From Candidatus Saccharimonadota bacterium (GTDB taxonomy: Bacteria; Pseudomonadota; Gammaproteobacteria; Enterobacterales; Enterobacteriaceae): a stretch of DNA of 32,000 bases. Numbering within the stretch: the first letter of the stretch is position 1; each line of letters starts with the position of its first letter. The translations under genes and the position numbers were made by a program. Positions 1-11,961 of the stretch are shown here, in pieces. Under the pieces are notes generated by a model. That model saw only the letters and a program-made list of their open reading frames with translations, had not been told where the DNA came from and searched no databases. Location: assembly GCA_015134435.1 (NCBI GenBank), contig CP043989.1, positions 150,001 through 182,000 of the forward strand, in the 5' to 3' direction.

Positions 1-1071
1 TATGCAGAAATTATAAAAGAAAAATCAAATATAAGAAAAATTATAAATATAGGTAACGAAATAATATTAAATAGTTATAATCCAGATGGAAAAAATAGTG
101 AAGATATAATAAATATAGCAGAATCAAAAATATCAAAAATTATAAAAGAAAATACAAATAAAAATAATAATCCTAAAAATATTAATATAATTTTAAAAAA
201 AACTAAAAAAAAAATTAAAAAATTATATAAAAATCCAAATTTTAATATAACAGGTATAGATACAGGATATATAGATTTAAATAAAAAAACTTTTGGATTA
301 CAAAAATCAGATTTAATAATTATAGCAGGAAGACCATCAATGGGTAAAACAACATTTGCAATAAATTTATGTGAAAATATTTCTATGTCTCAAAATAAAC
401 CTGTATTAATTTTTAGTTTAGAAATGTCATCAGAACAAATAATAATAAAAATGATATCTTCATTATCAAGAATAGAACAAAATAAAATAAAAACTGGTAA
501 CTTAAATTATAAAGAATGAATTAAAATATCAAATATAATAAATATACTTAAAAAAAAAAAAAATATATTTATAGACGATTCATCTTTAATTACTCCTAAT
601 GAAATAAAATTAAAAACTAGAAAAATATATAAAAAAAATAAAGGATTAAGTTTAATTATGATAGATTATTTACAATTAATGAAATCATCATCATATTTAG
701 AAAATAGAGCTTCAGAAATAGCAGATATTTCAAGATCACTTAAAATATTAGCTAAAGAATTAAAAATTCCTATAATAGCTTTATCTCAATTAAATAGATT
801 ATCAGAACAAAGAGTAAATAAAAGACCATTAAATTCAGATCTTAGAGAATCAGGATCACTTGAACAAGATGCTGATTTAATTATGTTTATATATAGAGAT
901 GAATTATATAATAATAATTCAAAAATGAAAGGAATTGCTGAATTAATAATAGGAAAACAACGTAATGGTCCTACTGGAAAAATTAATTTAATATTCAACG
1001 AAAAAATATCTAAATTTGATAATTATACATCAAATAAATATGAATTATTAAATTTAAATAATATAAGATAA
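1..1071 (+). CDS. dnaB: Replicative DNA helicase DnaB, 5'-partial (starts upstream of the window)
   Basis: Frame 1 is open from base 1 to TAA at 1069-1071, with one in-frame TGA at 517-519. Walker A is AGRPSMGKTTFA. MIDYLQLM, SRSLKILAKELKIPIIALSQLNR and IIGKQRNGPTG match DnaB C-terminal domain motifs. The TGA falls at the conserved Trp of the E. coli E-D-W-A-R-I segment. Confidence 0.95.
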
Positions 1072-1180
1072 AATAATTAAATATATATATTTTTATAAAT
1101 ATATACATTATAATAAATATTAACTCTAAATATAAATTTAAAATAATAAATAAACGAATAAAAAAACTAAAAAAATAAAA

Positions 1181-1618
1181 ATGATAAATAAAGGTATAAA
1201 TAAAGTAATTTTAATAGGTAATTTAGGTCAAAAACCAGAAATAAGATATACATCTAATGGAAATAAAGTTACTAATTTAAATATAGCTACATCAGATATA
1301 TGAAAAGATAAAAAAACAGGTGAAAATAAAGAAAATACACAATGACATAAAATAATATTATTTGGTAAATTAGCAGAAATAGCTTCAAAATATTTAAATA
1401 AAGGATCACAAATATATATAGAAGGTTCTTTACAAACAAGAAAATGAAAAGATAAAAATGGATACGAAAGATATACAACAGAAATAATAGTAAATTCTAA
1501 AGGAACAATGAAAATGTTAGGAAAAAAAAATAATAATAAAAATATAAATAAAGAAGAAATAAATAAAAATAATAAAGATGAAGATTTACCTATAGATTTT
1601 GATGACTTAACATTTTAA
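1181..1618 (+). CDS. ssb: Single-stranded DNA-binding protein
   Basis: The ATG at 1181 opens [27 protein letters not shown]. Three in-frame TGA codons (e.g. 1301-1303) sit at the three conserved SSB tryptophans (SDIW, TQWH, RKWKD). The acidic C-terminal tip is DFDDLTF and the stop is TAA at 1616-1618. The gene is absent from the ORF track because of the TGAs. Confidence 0.9.
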
Positions 1619-1641
1619 ATATATATATATAAAAATAAAAT

Positions 1642-3288
1642 ATGAATAAATTATTTAGTAAATTATTTAAAAAATCAATTAAAAAAAAAAATATAAAATA
1701 TGGTTCTATTATAAAAGGAAAAATAATAAATATTAAAAATAATATAGTAATTATAGATGCAGGTTTAAAATCAGAATCTTATATTCCAATAGAACAATTT
1801 AAAGATATTAATGGAAAATTAAATATAAATATTAATGATATAGTAGATGTTTCAATAGATAATATAGCTGGAGAATGAGGAGAAACAATACTTTCAAGAG
1901 ATAAAGCTAAAAAATATGAAACATGATTAAATATAGAAAAATCATATAAAAAATCATCTAATATTAAAGGAATTATTAATGGAAAAGTAAAAGGTGGATT
2001 AACTGTAAATATAGAAGGAATAAAAGCTTTTTTACCAGGTTCATTAATAGATATTAAACCAATAAAAAATTTATCAAAAATAGAAGGAAAAAAATTAAAA
2101 TTTAAAATAATAAAATTAGATAAAAAAAAAAATAATATTGTTTTATCAAGAAAAGCTGTTATTTTAAATGAAAATAATTATGAAAAAAAAAAATTATTAA
2201 AAAATATATATGAAGGGATTTATTTATATGGAATAGTAAAAAATTTAACTAACTATGGAGCATTTATAGATTTAGGAGGATTAGATGGATTATTACATAT
2301 AACAGATATGTCATGAAAAAGAATAAAACATCCAAATGAAATAGTAAATATAGGTGAAAAAATAAAATTAAAAGTAATTAAATTTGATAAAAAAAAAACA
2401 AGAATATCTTTAGGATTAAAACAATTAAGTAAAGATCCATGATCTTCAATAAATAAAAAATATAAAATTAATAAAAAAATAACTGGTAAAATAACAAATA
2501 TAACTGATTATGGTTGTTTTATAGAAATAAAAGAAGGAATAGAAGGATTAGTTCACATTTCAGAAATAGATTGAAAAAATAAAAATATAAATCCTTTTAA
2601 AATATTTAAAATAGGAAAAAAAACTAAAGCAATTATATTAAATATTAATAAAGAAAAAAGAAGAATTTCATTAGGTATAAAACAATGTTATCCTAATCCA
2701 TGAATTGAATTTTCAAAAAAATATAAAATAGGAAATAAAATAAAAGGTATAATAAAATCTATTACTGATTTTGGTATATTTATAAAATTAAAAAATAATA
2801 TAGATGGTTTAATACATATATCAGATATATCTTGAATAAAAAAAAATAATAATTTAAAAAAAATATATAAAAAAGGTGAAAAAATAATTACTTCATTATT
2901 AAAAATAGATATAAAAAAAGAAAGAATATCTTTAGGTATAAAACAATTAAAAAAAGATCCTTTTATAAAATATTTAAAAATAAATAAAAAAAATAATAAT
3001 ATAAAATCAAAAATTATAAATATAAAAAATAATATTATATATGTAAAATTTAAAGATAAAATAAAAGGACAAATAGATATTAATAATAAAAAAAATAAAA
3101 AATATAAAAATATTTTAAAAAAAGTTAAAATAAATGATTTTATAAATACAAAAATTATAAATATAGATAATAAAAAAAGATTAATAAATTTAAAAATATA
3201 TATTAAAAAAAAATATAAAAATAAAAAAAATAAAAATAATTTATTTAATAGTATGGTAGAAGCTTTTAAAATAGCAAAAAATAAATAA
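1642..3288 (+). CDS. rpsA: 30S ribosomal protein S1
   Basis: I read frame 1 by hand from 1642 to TAA at 3286-3288; the only interruptions are TGA codons. It has repeated S1 domains ([54 protein letters not shown]). TGA falls in the recurrent DPW/PNPW linker motifs. Confidence 0.93.
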
Positions 3289-3289
3289 T

Positions 3290-3556
3290 ATGATAAATAC
3301 ATATTTTTTAATAAAAAAAATTTATACAAAAAATAAAATAATATCAAAAAAAAAAATTAAATTAATTATAGATAATTTAATTAATTTTATTGAAAAAATA
3401 TTATCAAAAAATAAAAAAATAAAAATAAAAAATTTTGGATTTTTTAACTCTTATAAAAAAAAAATAATAAAAAATAATATATTTTTAAAAAAAAATATTA
3501 ATATAATTTATTTTAAATGTAGTAAAAAATTAATAAATAAAATTAATAAAATTTAA
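3290..3556 (+). CDS. ihfB: HU/IHF-family DNA-binding protein, probably IHF beta by synteny with rpsA
   Basis: The 88-aa ORF starts 1 nt after the rpsA stop. The IKIKNFGFFNS core aligns to IEIRGFGSFSL of E. coli IhfB, and the rpsA-ihfB order is conserved in proteobacteria. The sequence is very divergent and K/I/N-rich. Confidence 0.65.
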   Translation: MINTYFLIKKIYTKNKIISKKKIKLIIDNLINFIEKILSKNKKIKIKNFGFFNSYKKKIIKNNIFLKKNINIIYFKCSKKLINKINKI

Positions 3557-4566
3557 TTATTAATAATAAAATTTTCAAAATCTAAATAATTTAAAAAATT
3601 TTTAAATAAATATGCAGAATTAATCATATTTAAACGAAATTTTGAAGAATTTTTAATTTTATAAAATATATTAGATACATGTTTTATAATATAAATAGGA
3701 TGAAAATTATTTAATATAATATTTTTTTTTATATATTTATATATAAAATATAATACTTTTCTTATTTTAAAATTAATTTTTTTTTCAAAAATAAATAATT
3801 TATTTTTTTTAAAATATTTTTTTTTATTTTTAAAATAATCATAAATATCTAATAAAAATAATGGATTTTTATATATATATCTTCCTATCATTACACCATC
3901 GACATATTTTAAATGATTAATAATACTTTTAATATTATTAATATTACCATTAATAATTATTTTTAAATTAGGTAATTCTTTTTTTATTTTATAAATTAAT
4001 TTATAATTTAAATATGGATATTTTAAATTTAATTTTGTAGAAAAATTATTTTTTATAACACCTCTAGCATGAATAATAAAAATTTTACAATCTGTATTAA
4101 TATAAATTTTATAAATAAAATTTAAAAATTTTTGATAAGAATATATAAAATTAATACGCAATTTAATAGATAAAATTATATCTAATGAACCATATTTTAT
4201 AGAATTTAAACAATCTATAATTTTATTAACATCTTTATATAAAAAAAAACCTAATTTATTTTTTTTACAATTTAAAGAAGGACAACCAATATTAAAATTT
4301 ATTTCAGAAAAATTTAATTTTTTAACTATTTTTGAACATAAATATAAATCTTTAGGATTATTACTTATAAATTGTATAACTACAATATTACTATATATAT
4401 CATTGTATGATAACATATTTTTATTATATCTATTTAAAAAAGAAGAACTATGTATCATACCAGTATATAATTTTATATTATTATTTAATAAACTATAAAA
4501 ATAACGACAATATTTATTAGTATAACCTAACATAGGTGCTACAGAAAATTTATGTATATTTAACAT
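3553..4566 (-). CDS. dusA: tRNA-dihydrouridine synthase (DusA-like)
   Basis: This is an uninterrupted 337-aa ORF. The N-terminal FSVAPMLGYTNKYCRYFYSLL matches the DusA signature (FS[IV]APMLDWTDRHCRYF). NIGCPS and HARG motifs of the Dus TIM barrel are present. Confidence 0.82.
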   Translation of the reverse strand: MLNIHKFSVAPMLGYTNKYCRYFYSLLNNNIKLYTGMIHSSSFLNRYNKNMLSYNDIYSNIVVIQFISNNPKDLYLCSKIVKKLNFSEINFNIGCPSLNCKKNKLGFFLYKDVNKIIDCLNSIKYGSLDIILSIKLRINFIYSYQKFLNFIYKIYINTDCKIFIIHARGVIKNNFSTKLNLKYPYLNYKLIYKIKKELPNLKIIINGNINNIKSIINHLKYVDGVMIGRYIYKNPLFLLDIYDYFKNKKKYFKKNKLFIFEKKINFKIRKVLYFIYKYIKKNIILNNFHPIYIIKHVSNIFYKIKNSSKFRLNMINSAYLFKNFLNYLDFENFIINN

Positions 4567-4567
4567 A

Positions 4568-5866
4568 TTAATTTTTATCTAAATAACTAATATATTTTTT
4601 ATTATTCATATATTTACGTAAAACTTTAGGTATTTTAATTAAACCACTATCAATTTGACAATTTTCAATAATAGCTATTAAAACTCTACCTACAGCTAAA
4701 CCAGATCCATTTAATATATGTAAAAATTCTTTCTTTTTATTTTTAACATTTTTATAACGTAAATTTATACGTCTTGATTGAAAATCTAAAGTATTAGAAC
4801 AAGAAGAAACTTCTATATAAGAATCATTTATAGGAGATCAAATTTCTAAATCATAAGTTTTAGAAGAACTAAAACTCATATAATTACTACATAATAATAT
4901 TTTTCTATAAGGTAATTTTAACATTTTTAATATTTTTTCAGCATCAAATGTTAACTCATCTAAACATGAATATGAAAAATTAGATTTAACTATTTGTATT
5001 AATTCAACCTTATCAAATTGATTTAATCTAATTAAACCTCTATTATTTTTACCATAAGATTTAGATTCATATCTAAAACATGGAGTACAAGTAACTAATT
5101 TAATAGGTAAATCTTTATCATATAAAATTTTATTTTTAAATAAATTAACTATAGAAACTTCACCTGTAGGAATTAAACATAATTTATTATTTTTATTTTT
5201 ATTAATTACATAAAATATATCATTTTTAAATTTTGGTAATTGTCCTGTTCCATATAAACATATATCTTTTACAATATAAGGAACATAAATTTCAGAATAT
5301 TTATTTAAAAAAACATGTGTATCTAACATAAATTGAGATATAGATCTATATAACATACAAATATCATTTTTAATAATACTAAAAGATGAACCACTTATAA
5401 TACTAGAAGTTTCTATATCTATACTATTATTTAATTTACCAAAAGTTATATGATCCATAACTTTAAAATTATATATTTTTTTTTTTCCTCATTCATATAT
5501 AATTTTATTAAATTTTTCATTATTACCTATTGGTACACTATCATCTATAATATTAGGTATATAAGATATAATATTATTTAAATTAAATTTTATTTTTTTA
5601 ATTTTTTTTTTTTTAAAAAAAATATTAAATTTTATTAATTTAATAAAATATTTCAAATAAATTAAATCATTAATTTTATTTTTATATAAAAAAAATTTTT
5701 TAGAAAAATATTTACGTTTATTTTGCATAAATTCTATTTCATTTAATATTTTTTTATAAATAAAATAAATATTTAATAATTTTTTTATATCAAAATTATT
5801 TGTACGAATTTTAATTTTTTTTATAAAATAAGAAATATTATTTAATAATAATTTTATATTTAACAT
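4568..5866 (-). CDS. serS: Seryl-tRNA synthetase
   Basis: Track ORFs 5489..5866 and 4838..5458 plus a C-terminal extension to TAA at 4568-4570 share one frame, joined by TGA at 5489-5491 and 4838-4840. The result is 432 aa. Class II motifs include TGEVS, FRYESKSYG and GSGLAVGRVLIAIIEN. YEW precedes the catalytic domain as in E. coli (RRWG). Confidence 0.93.
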
Positions 5867-5967
5867 AATATAATTTTTATAAGTTAATAATAAATTTATA
5901 ATATAATAAATAATTATATAATAAATTTTATTATATTAATATATATTAATTTAAAAAATAAATATAA

Positions 5968-6921
<954 letters not shown>

Positions 6922-6928
6922 AATATAT

Positions 6929-7150
6929 ATGATAAAAGAAAAAAATATAGAATTAAATGGTATAGTTATAGAAACATTACCAAATACAACATTTAAAGTT
7001 AAATTAGATAATGGTTATAAAATAATAGCTCATATATCAGGAAAAATGAGAAAAAATTATATTAGAATCCTAAAAGGAGATAAAGTAACAGTAGAAATAA
7101 GCCCTTATGATATAAAAAAAGGAAGAATAATTTTTAGAAATAATAAATAA
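6929..7150 (+). CDS. infA: Translation initiation factor IF-1
   Basis: The 72-aa product reads [60 protein letters not shown], near-colinear with bacterial IF-1. Confidence 0.95.
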   Translation: MIKEKNIELNGIVIETLPNTTFKVKLDNGYKIIAHISGKMRKNYIRILKGDKVTVEISPYDIKKGRIIFRNNK

Positions 7151-7581
7151 TGCAAAAAAAAAATATATATATTAATATTAAAACAAGAGAATTAGCATTA
7201 CAAATCATATATTCATGAAAAATATTTAAAAATAATAAAAATATAAAATATAAAATAAAAGAATTCAAAATAATTAAAAAAAATATATTAAATAATATAG
7301 ATATTATTTATTTATTAAAAATTTTAATAGGAATAGAAAAAAATTATAAATATATTAATTTAATAATAAAAAAATATATATATAATTCTACAAAATATAT
7401 AGGAAATATAGAATATTCTATATTATATATATCTATATATGAAATAAAAATAAATAAAATTTTACCTTATAAAATAATAATAAATGAAAGTATATTATTA
7501 GCAAAAAAATTTGGAGCTTATAATAGTTATAAATTAATAAATAAAATATTAGATAATATTATAAAAAAAATAAAAAAATAA
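7150..7581 (+). CDS. nusB: Transcription antitermination factor NusB
   Basis: The ATG at 7150-7152 overlaps the infA TAA (TAATG). I read frame 1 by hand to TAA at 7579-7581, with one TGA at 7216-7218. RELALQIIYSW and INESILLAKKFGAYNSYKLINKILD match NusB (ALYSW; INEAIELAKxFG...FVNGVLD). It is missing from the ORF track because no in-frame ATG follows the TGA. Confidence 0.8.
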
Positions 7582-7648
7582 TATATATTATATGTATAAA
7601 TTATATATATAATATATTAATCTATATCAATAAAATAAAATAACTTTT

Positions 7649-8239
7649 ATGTATTTATATAATATAAATAAAAATATATTTAACCAAAATAGAAATTTAT
7701 ACAATATGTATTCAAAATTATTAGATAATAGAATAATATTTTTAACAGGATATATAGAAGATCAAATATCAAATATAATAATTACACAACTTTTATTTTT
7801 AGAATCAAAAAATAAAAAAAAAGACATATATATGTATATAAATTCTCCTGGAGGGATTATAACTTCAGGGATGTGTATATATGATACAATGAAATTTATA
7901 CAACCAAAAGTAAATACTATATGTATAGGACAAGCCTGTTCAATGGCAGCAATATTATTATCCTCAGGAGAAAAAAATAAAAGATTTAGTTTACCTAATT
8001 CAAGAATTATGATTCATCAACCTTTAGGAGGATTTAAAGGACAAGTAACAGATATAAAAATACAAGCTAAAGAAATAATTAAAATTAAAAAAAAAATTAT
8101 AAATTTATTATGTAATAATACTGGTCAAAAATATAATAAAATAAAAAAAGATACTGAAAGAGATAAATTTTTATCTCCAAAAGAAGCAATTAAATATGGA
8201 ATAATAGATAAAATAATAACTAATAATAAAAAAAATTAA
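7649..8239 (+). CDS. clpP: ATP-dependent Clp protease proteolytic subunit
   Basis: The sequence contains [29 protein letters not shown] (catalytic Ser), MIHQPLGG (His) and DTERDKFLS (Asp). Confidence 0.95.
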   Translation: MYLYNINKNIFNQNRNLYNMYSKLLDNRIIFLTGYIEDQISNIIITQLLFLESKNKKKDIYMYINSPGGIITSGMCIYDTMKFIQPKVNTICIGQACSMAAILLSSGEKNKRFSLPNSRIMIHQPLGGFKGQVTDIKIQAKEIIKIKKKIINLLCNNTGQKYNKIKKDTERDKFLSPKEAIKYGIIDKIITNNKKN

Positions 8240-8308
8240 TAAAATATATAAAATTAATATAAATATAATTATATTAATAAATTTAAATTAATATAAAATA
8301 TTAAATAA

Positions 8309-8326
8309 ATATATATATATATATAT
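8309..8326. repeat. (AT)9 microsatellite running into the clpX start codon
   Basis: Eighteen nt of alternating AT end in the AT of the clpX ATG (8325-8327). Confidence 0.9.
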
Positions 8327-9422
8327 GTATAATTCACTTAAAAAAAATAATAAAAAAAAATATATTTATTTTAATACAAATAAATATAAACCTAAATGTA
8401 TAAAAAATATATTAGATAAATTTATTATTAATCAAAATGAAGCAAAAAAAATTATATCAACAACAATATATAATCATTATAAAATAATTAATAATAAAAA
8501 TAAAAATAAATATATTTGAAATAAATCAAATATATTATTAATAGGACCAACAGGAAGTGGAAAAACATTATTAGCTGAAATTATAGAAAAAGAATTTAAT
8601 ATACCTATATCTATAACAGATGCTACAAGATTTACAGAAGCAGGATATGTAGGAGAAGATGTAGAAAATATTATATATAATTTATTACAAAAATGTAATT
8701 TTAATATAAAAAAAACAGAAAATGGAATAATTTTTATAGATGAAATTGATAAAATTGCTAAAAAAACACAAAATATTTCTATAACTAGAGATGTATCAGG
8801 AGAAGGTGTACAACAATCATTATTAAAAATTATAGAAGGTAGTATAACTTATATACCTCCAAAAGGTGGTAGAAAACATCCACAAGATAATTATATACCA
8901 ATAAATACAAAAAATATATTATTTATATGTAGTGGTACATTTAATGGAATAAATGAAATTATCAATAAAAAATTAAATAATAATAATTTTGGTTTTAATA
9001 CTAATTTAAATAATATTAAAAAAAATAAAGAAATAGAAACAGAAGATTTAATTAAATATGGATTAATACCAGAATTTATAGGAAGATTACCAATAATAAT
9101 AAAATTAAATAAATTAGATAAAAATTCTTTATATAAAATATTAATTAAACCAAAAAATTCTATAATTAAATATTATAAATATTTATTTAAATTAGAAAAT
9201 ATAAAATTATCATTTACAAAAAAATCTTTAAAAGAAATAGTAAAAAAAACAATTAAAAAAAATACAGGTGCTAGAGGATTAAAAAATATAATAGAAAAAA
9301 CTTTAAATGAAATTATGTATATTTCTCCATCTAAAAAAAATATAAAAAAAATAATTATAAAAAAAAATACAATAAAAAAAAATCAAAAACCTAAAATTAT
9401 ATTAAACAATAAAGGAGAATAA
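8325..9422 (+). CDS. clpX: ATP-dependent Clp protease ATP-binding subunit ClpX (lacks the N-terminal zinc-binding domain)
   Basis: I read the frame by hand from ATG at 8325 to TAA at 9420-9422, with TGA at 8517-8519. Motifs present are Walker A LIGPTGSGKTLLA, pore loop GYVGEDVE, Walker B FIDEIDKI, RKH loop GGRKHPQ, LIPEFIGRLP and GARGL. An in-frame TAA at 8289-8291 prevents any longer N-terminus. Confidence 0.93.
9412..9418 (+). promoter_or_regulatory. Shine-Dalgarno sequence for lon (AAGGAGA), inside the 3' end of clpX
   Basis: AAGGAGA lies 6 nt upstream of the lon ATG at 9425. G-rich heptamers are rare in this composition. Confidence 0.6.
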
Positions 9423-9424
9423 AT

Positions 9425-11779
9425 ATGGATTTAAAAAGATCTCAAAAAAATATTGAGATCCTAATTTTACCATTAAGAAATATAGTAGTATATCCAAATG
9501 TAATTATACCTTTATTTATAGGAAGAAAAAAATCTATTTTTTGTTTAAATTTATCTATTAAACAAAATAAAAAAATTATATTAGTAACTCAAAAAAATCC
9601 TTTAAATAATAATCCTAATATAAAAGATTTATATAAAATAGGAACATTATCATCTATACTACAAACATTAAAATTACCTGATGGTACAATTAAAATATTA
9701 GTTGAAGGAATACAAAGAATTAAAATATTAAAAATAATAGATAAAGGAAAATATTTTACAGCAATAACAAAAAAAATAAAAAAAAAAAAAATAAATATTA
9801 AAAAAAAAAATATTCTATTTAAAACAATAATAAATCAATTTGAATATTATATAGAATTAAATACAAAAATACCTATAGAAATATTAAATTCATTAAATAA
9901 TATAAAAGATATAGAAAAATTTGCTGATACAATAGCAACACATTTACCTATAAAATTAAAAAATAAACAACATATATTAGAATTAATTGATATAGAAAAA
10001 AGATTAAAATATATATTATTAATGATTCAATCAGAAATAGAATTTTTAAAAATAGAAAAAAATATAAAAAATAGAATAAAAAAACAAATAAAAAAAAATC
10101 AAAAAGAATATTATTTAAATGAAAAAATAAAAGCTATACAAAAAGAATTAGAACATATAAATAAAAATTTAAATGAATATAATTTAATAAAAAAAAAAAT
10201 AAAATTATCAAAAATTCCTAAAGAAGTAAAAAAAAAAATAAAATATGAATTAAAAAAATTAAAAAATATATCTTCATTATCAGCAGAAACAACAATAATA
10301 AAAAATTATATAGATTGAATTATAAAAATACCATGATACAAAAAAACTAAAATAAAAAAAAATATAAATAAAGCAAAAAAAATATTAAATAAAGATCATT
10401 TTGGATTAAAAGATATAAAAGAAAGAATATTAGAATATTTAGCTGTACAAAATAGATCTAATAAATTAAAAGGACCTATATTATGTTTTGTAGGACCACC
10501 TGGTGTTGGTAAAACTTCTTTAGGAAAATCTATAGCAAAAGCAACTGGAAGAAAATATATTAAAATGTCTTTAGGAGGGGTTAAAGATGAAGCAGAAATA
10601 AGAGGACATAGAAAAACATATATTGGATCAATGCCAGGAAAAATTATACAAAAAATAATAAAATCAAAAGTAATAAATCCTTTATTTTTATTAGATGAAA
10701 TTGATAAAATATCTTTAAATACAAGAGGAGATCCATCATCTGCATTATTAGAAGTATTAGATCCTGAACAAAATATTTATTTTAATGATAATTATATAGA
10801 ATTAGATTATGATCTTTCAAAAATAATGTTTATTGCAACAGCTAATTCAATAAAAAATATATCTATACCTTTATTAGATAGAATGGAAATAATAAAATTA
10901 AATGGATATACTGAAAATGAAAAAATAAATATAGCAAAAAATTATTTAATACCAAAACAAATAAAAAATAATTTTTTAAAAAAAAAAGAATTAAAAATAA
11001 ATTATAATATTATTATAAATATAATAAGAAATTACACTAAAGAACCAGGAGTAAGAGCTTTAGAAAGAGAAATATCTAAAATATGTAGAAAATCAGTAAA
11101 AAAAATTACAATTAATAAAAAATATAAAAAAATAAAAATAAATAATAAAAATATAAAAAAATATTTAGGAAATAAAAAATTTAAACATGAAAAAATATAT
11201 AGTTATAAACAAATAGGGCAAGCAATAGGTTTAGCTTGAACTGAAACAGGAGGTGAAATATTAATAATAGAAACATTATCTGTTCCAGGTAAAGGAAAAT
11301 TAATATATACAGGGTCTCTTGGAAAAATAATGAAAGAATCTATAAAAATAGCTTTAACAGTTGTTAGATCTTTATATAAAGAATTAAAAATAAAAAAATA
11401 TTTTTATAATAAAAAAGATATACATATACATATTCCAGAAGGATCTATACCAAAAGATGGACCTAGTGCTGGAATAACTATTTGTACATCTATTATATCT
11501 ATGTTAACTAATAACTATATAAAAAAAAATATAGCTATGACAGGAGAATTAACTTTACATGGAAAAATAATTTCTATTGGAGGTTTAAAAGAAAAAATAT
11601 TAGCAGCTTTCAAAACAGGAATAAAAAAAATAATAATACCATATAATAATAAAAAAGATTTAAAAGAAATTCCAAAAAATATAAAAAATAAAATTAAAAT
11701 TTATTGTTTAAAAAATATAAAAGAAGTTTTAAATATATCTTTTAAAAATAAATATTTTAAAAATATATATATTAAATAA
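9425..11779 (+). CDS. lon: ATP-dependent protease Lon
   Basis: Three track ORFs (9425.., 10565.., 11330..) share one frame and are joined by TGA codons at conserved Trp positions (IDW, PW, LAW). The product is 784 aa, matching my recollection of E. coli Lon's length. Motifs include [29 protein letters not shown], catalytic PKDGPSAGI and GGLKEK. Confidence 0.95.
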
Positions 11780-11781
11780 AA

Positions 11782-11854
11782 CACGCTCTACAGGATTTGA
11801 ACCTGTGACCTACAGCTTAGAAGGCTGTTGCTCTATCCACTGAGCTAAGAGCGT
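11782..11854 (-). tRNA. tRNA-Arg (anticodon UCU), no encoded CCA
   Basis: The reverse complement folds by hand into a cloverleaf. It has a 7-bp acceptor stem ACGCTCT/AGAGCGT, D stem GCTC/GAGC, anticodon stem ACAGC/GCTGT with loop CT-TCT-AA, variable loop AGGTC, and T arm ACAGG-TTCAAAT-CCTGT. The discriminator is G, followed by TTT rather than CCA. It forms a local GC island. Confidence 0.9.
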
Positions 11855-11961
11855 TTTAATATAAAATAATTATATTAATATAATTTATATAAATCAAATT
11901 AATATTTTTAATATATATATAATATATATATTATAATTTATAAATATAAAATATATTTAAA

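Noticed and set aside
786-998. A 70-aa minus-strand ORF inside dnaB. The 63-aa ORF at 1287..1478 inside ssb is similar.
   Set aside because: Both are antisense to conserved genes and have low-complexity hydrophobic translations, so they are chance ORFs in AT-rich DNA.
1072-1180. The dnaB-ssb neighbourhood as a replication-origin indicator.
   Set aside because: I found no DnaA-box-like (TTATCCACA) motifs in this or adjacent spacers. Adjacency of replication genes alone is not evidence for an origin.
2688-3347. A 219-aa minus-strand ORF (F/I/L/Y/K-rich) from the ORF track.
   Set aside because: It lies antisense to the well-supported rpsA gene. Its composition is what translating the complement of a K/N/I-rich, A-rich gene yields. 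It has no recognisable motif.
11855-11961. AT-only near-palindromes such as taatatatatataatatatatatta in the cysS/tRNA spacer, and ttttattt-aa-aaataaaa near 16927-16944, considered as possible terminator hairpins.
   Set aside because: In sequence that is nearly 100% A+T, such imperfect palindromes are expected by chance. The stems would be all A-U and thermodynamically weak, and there is no flanking GC clamp.
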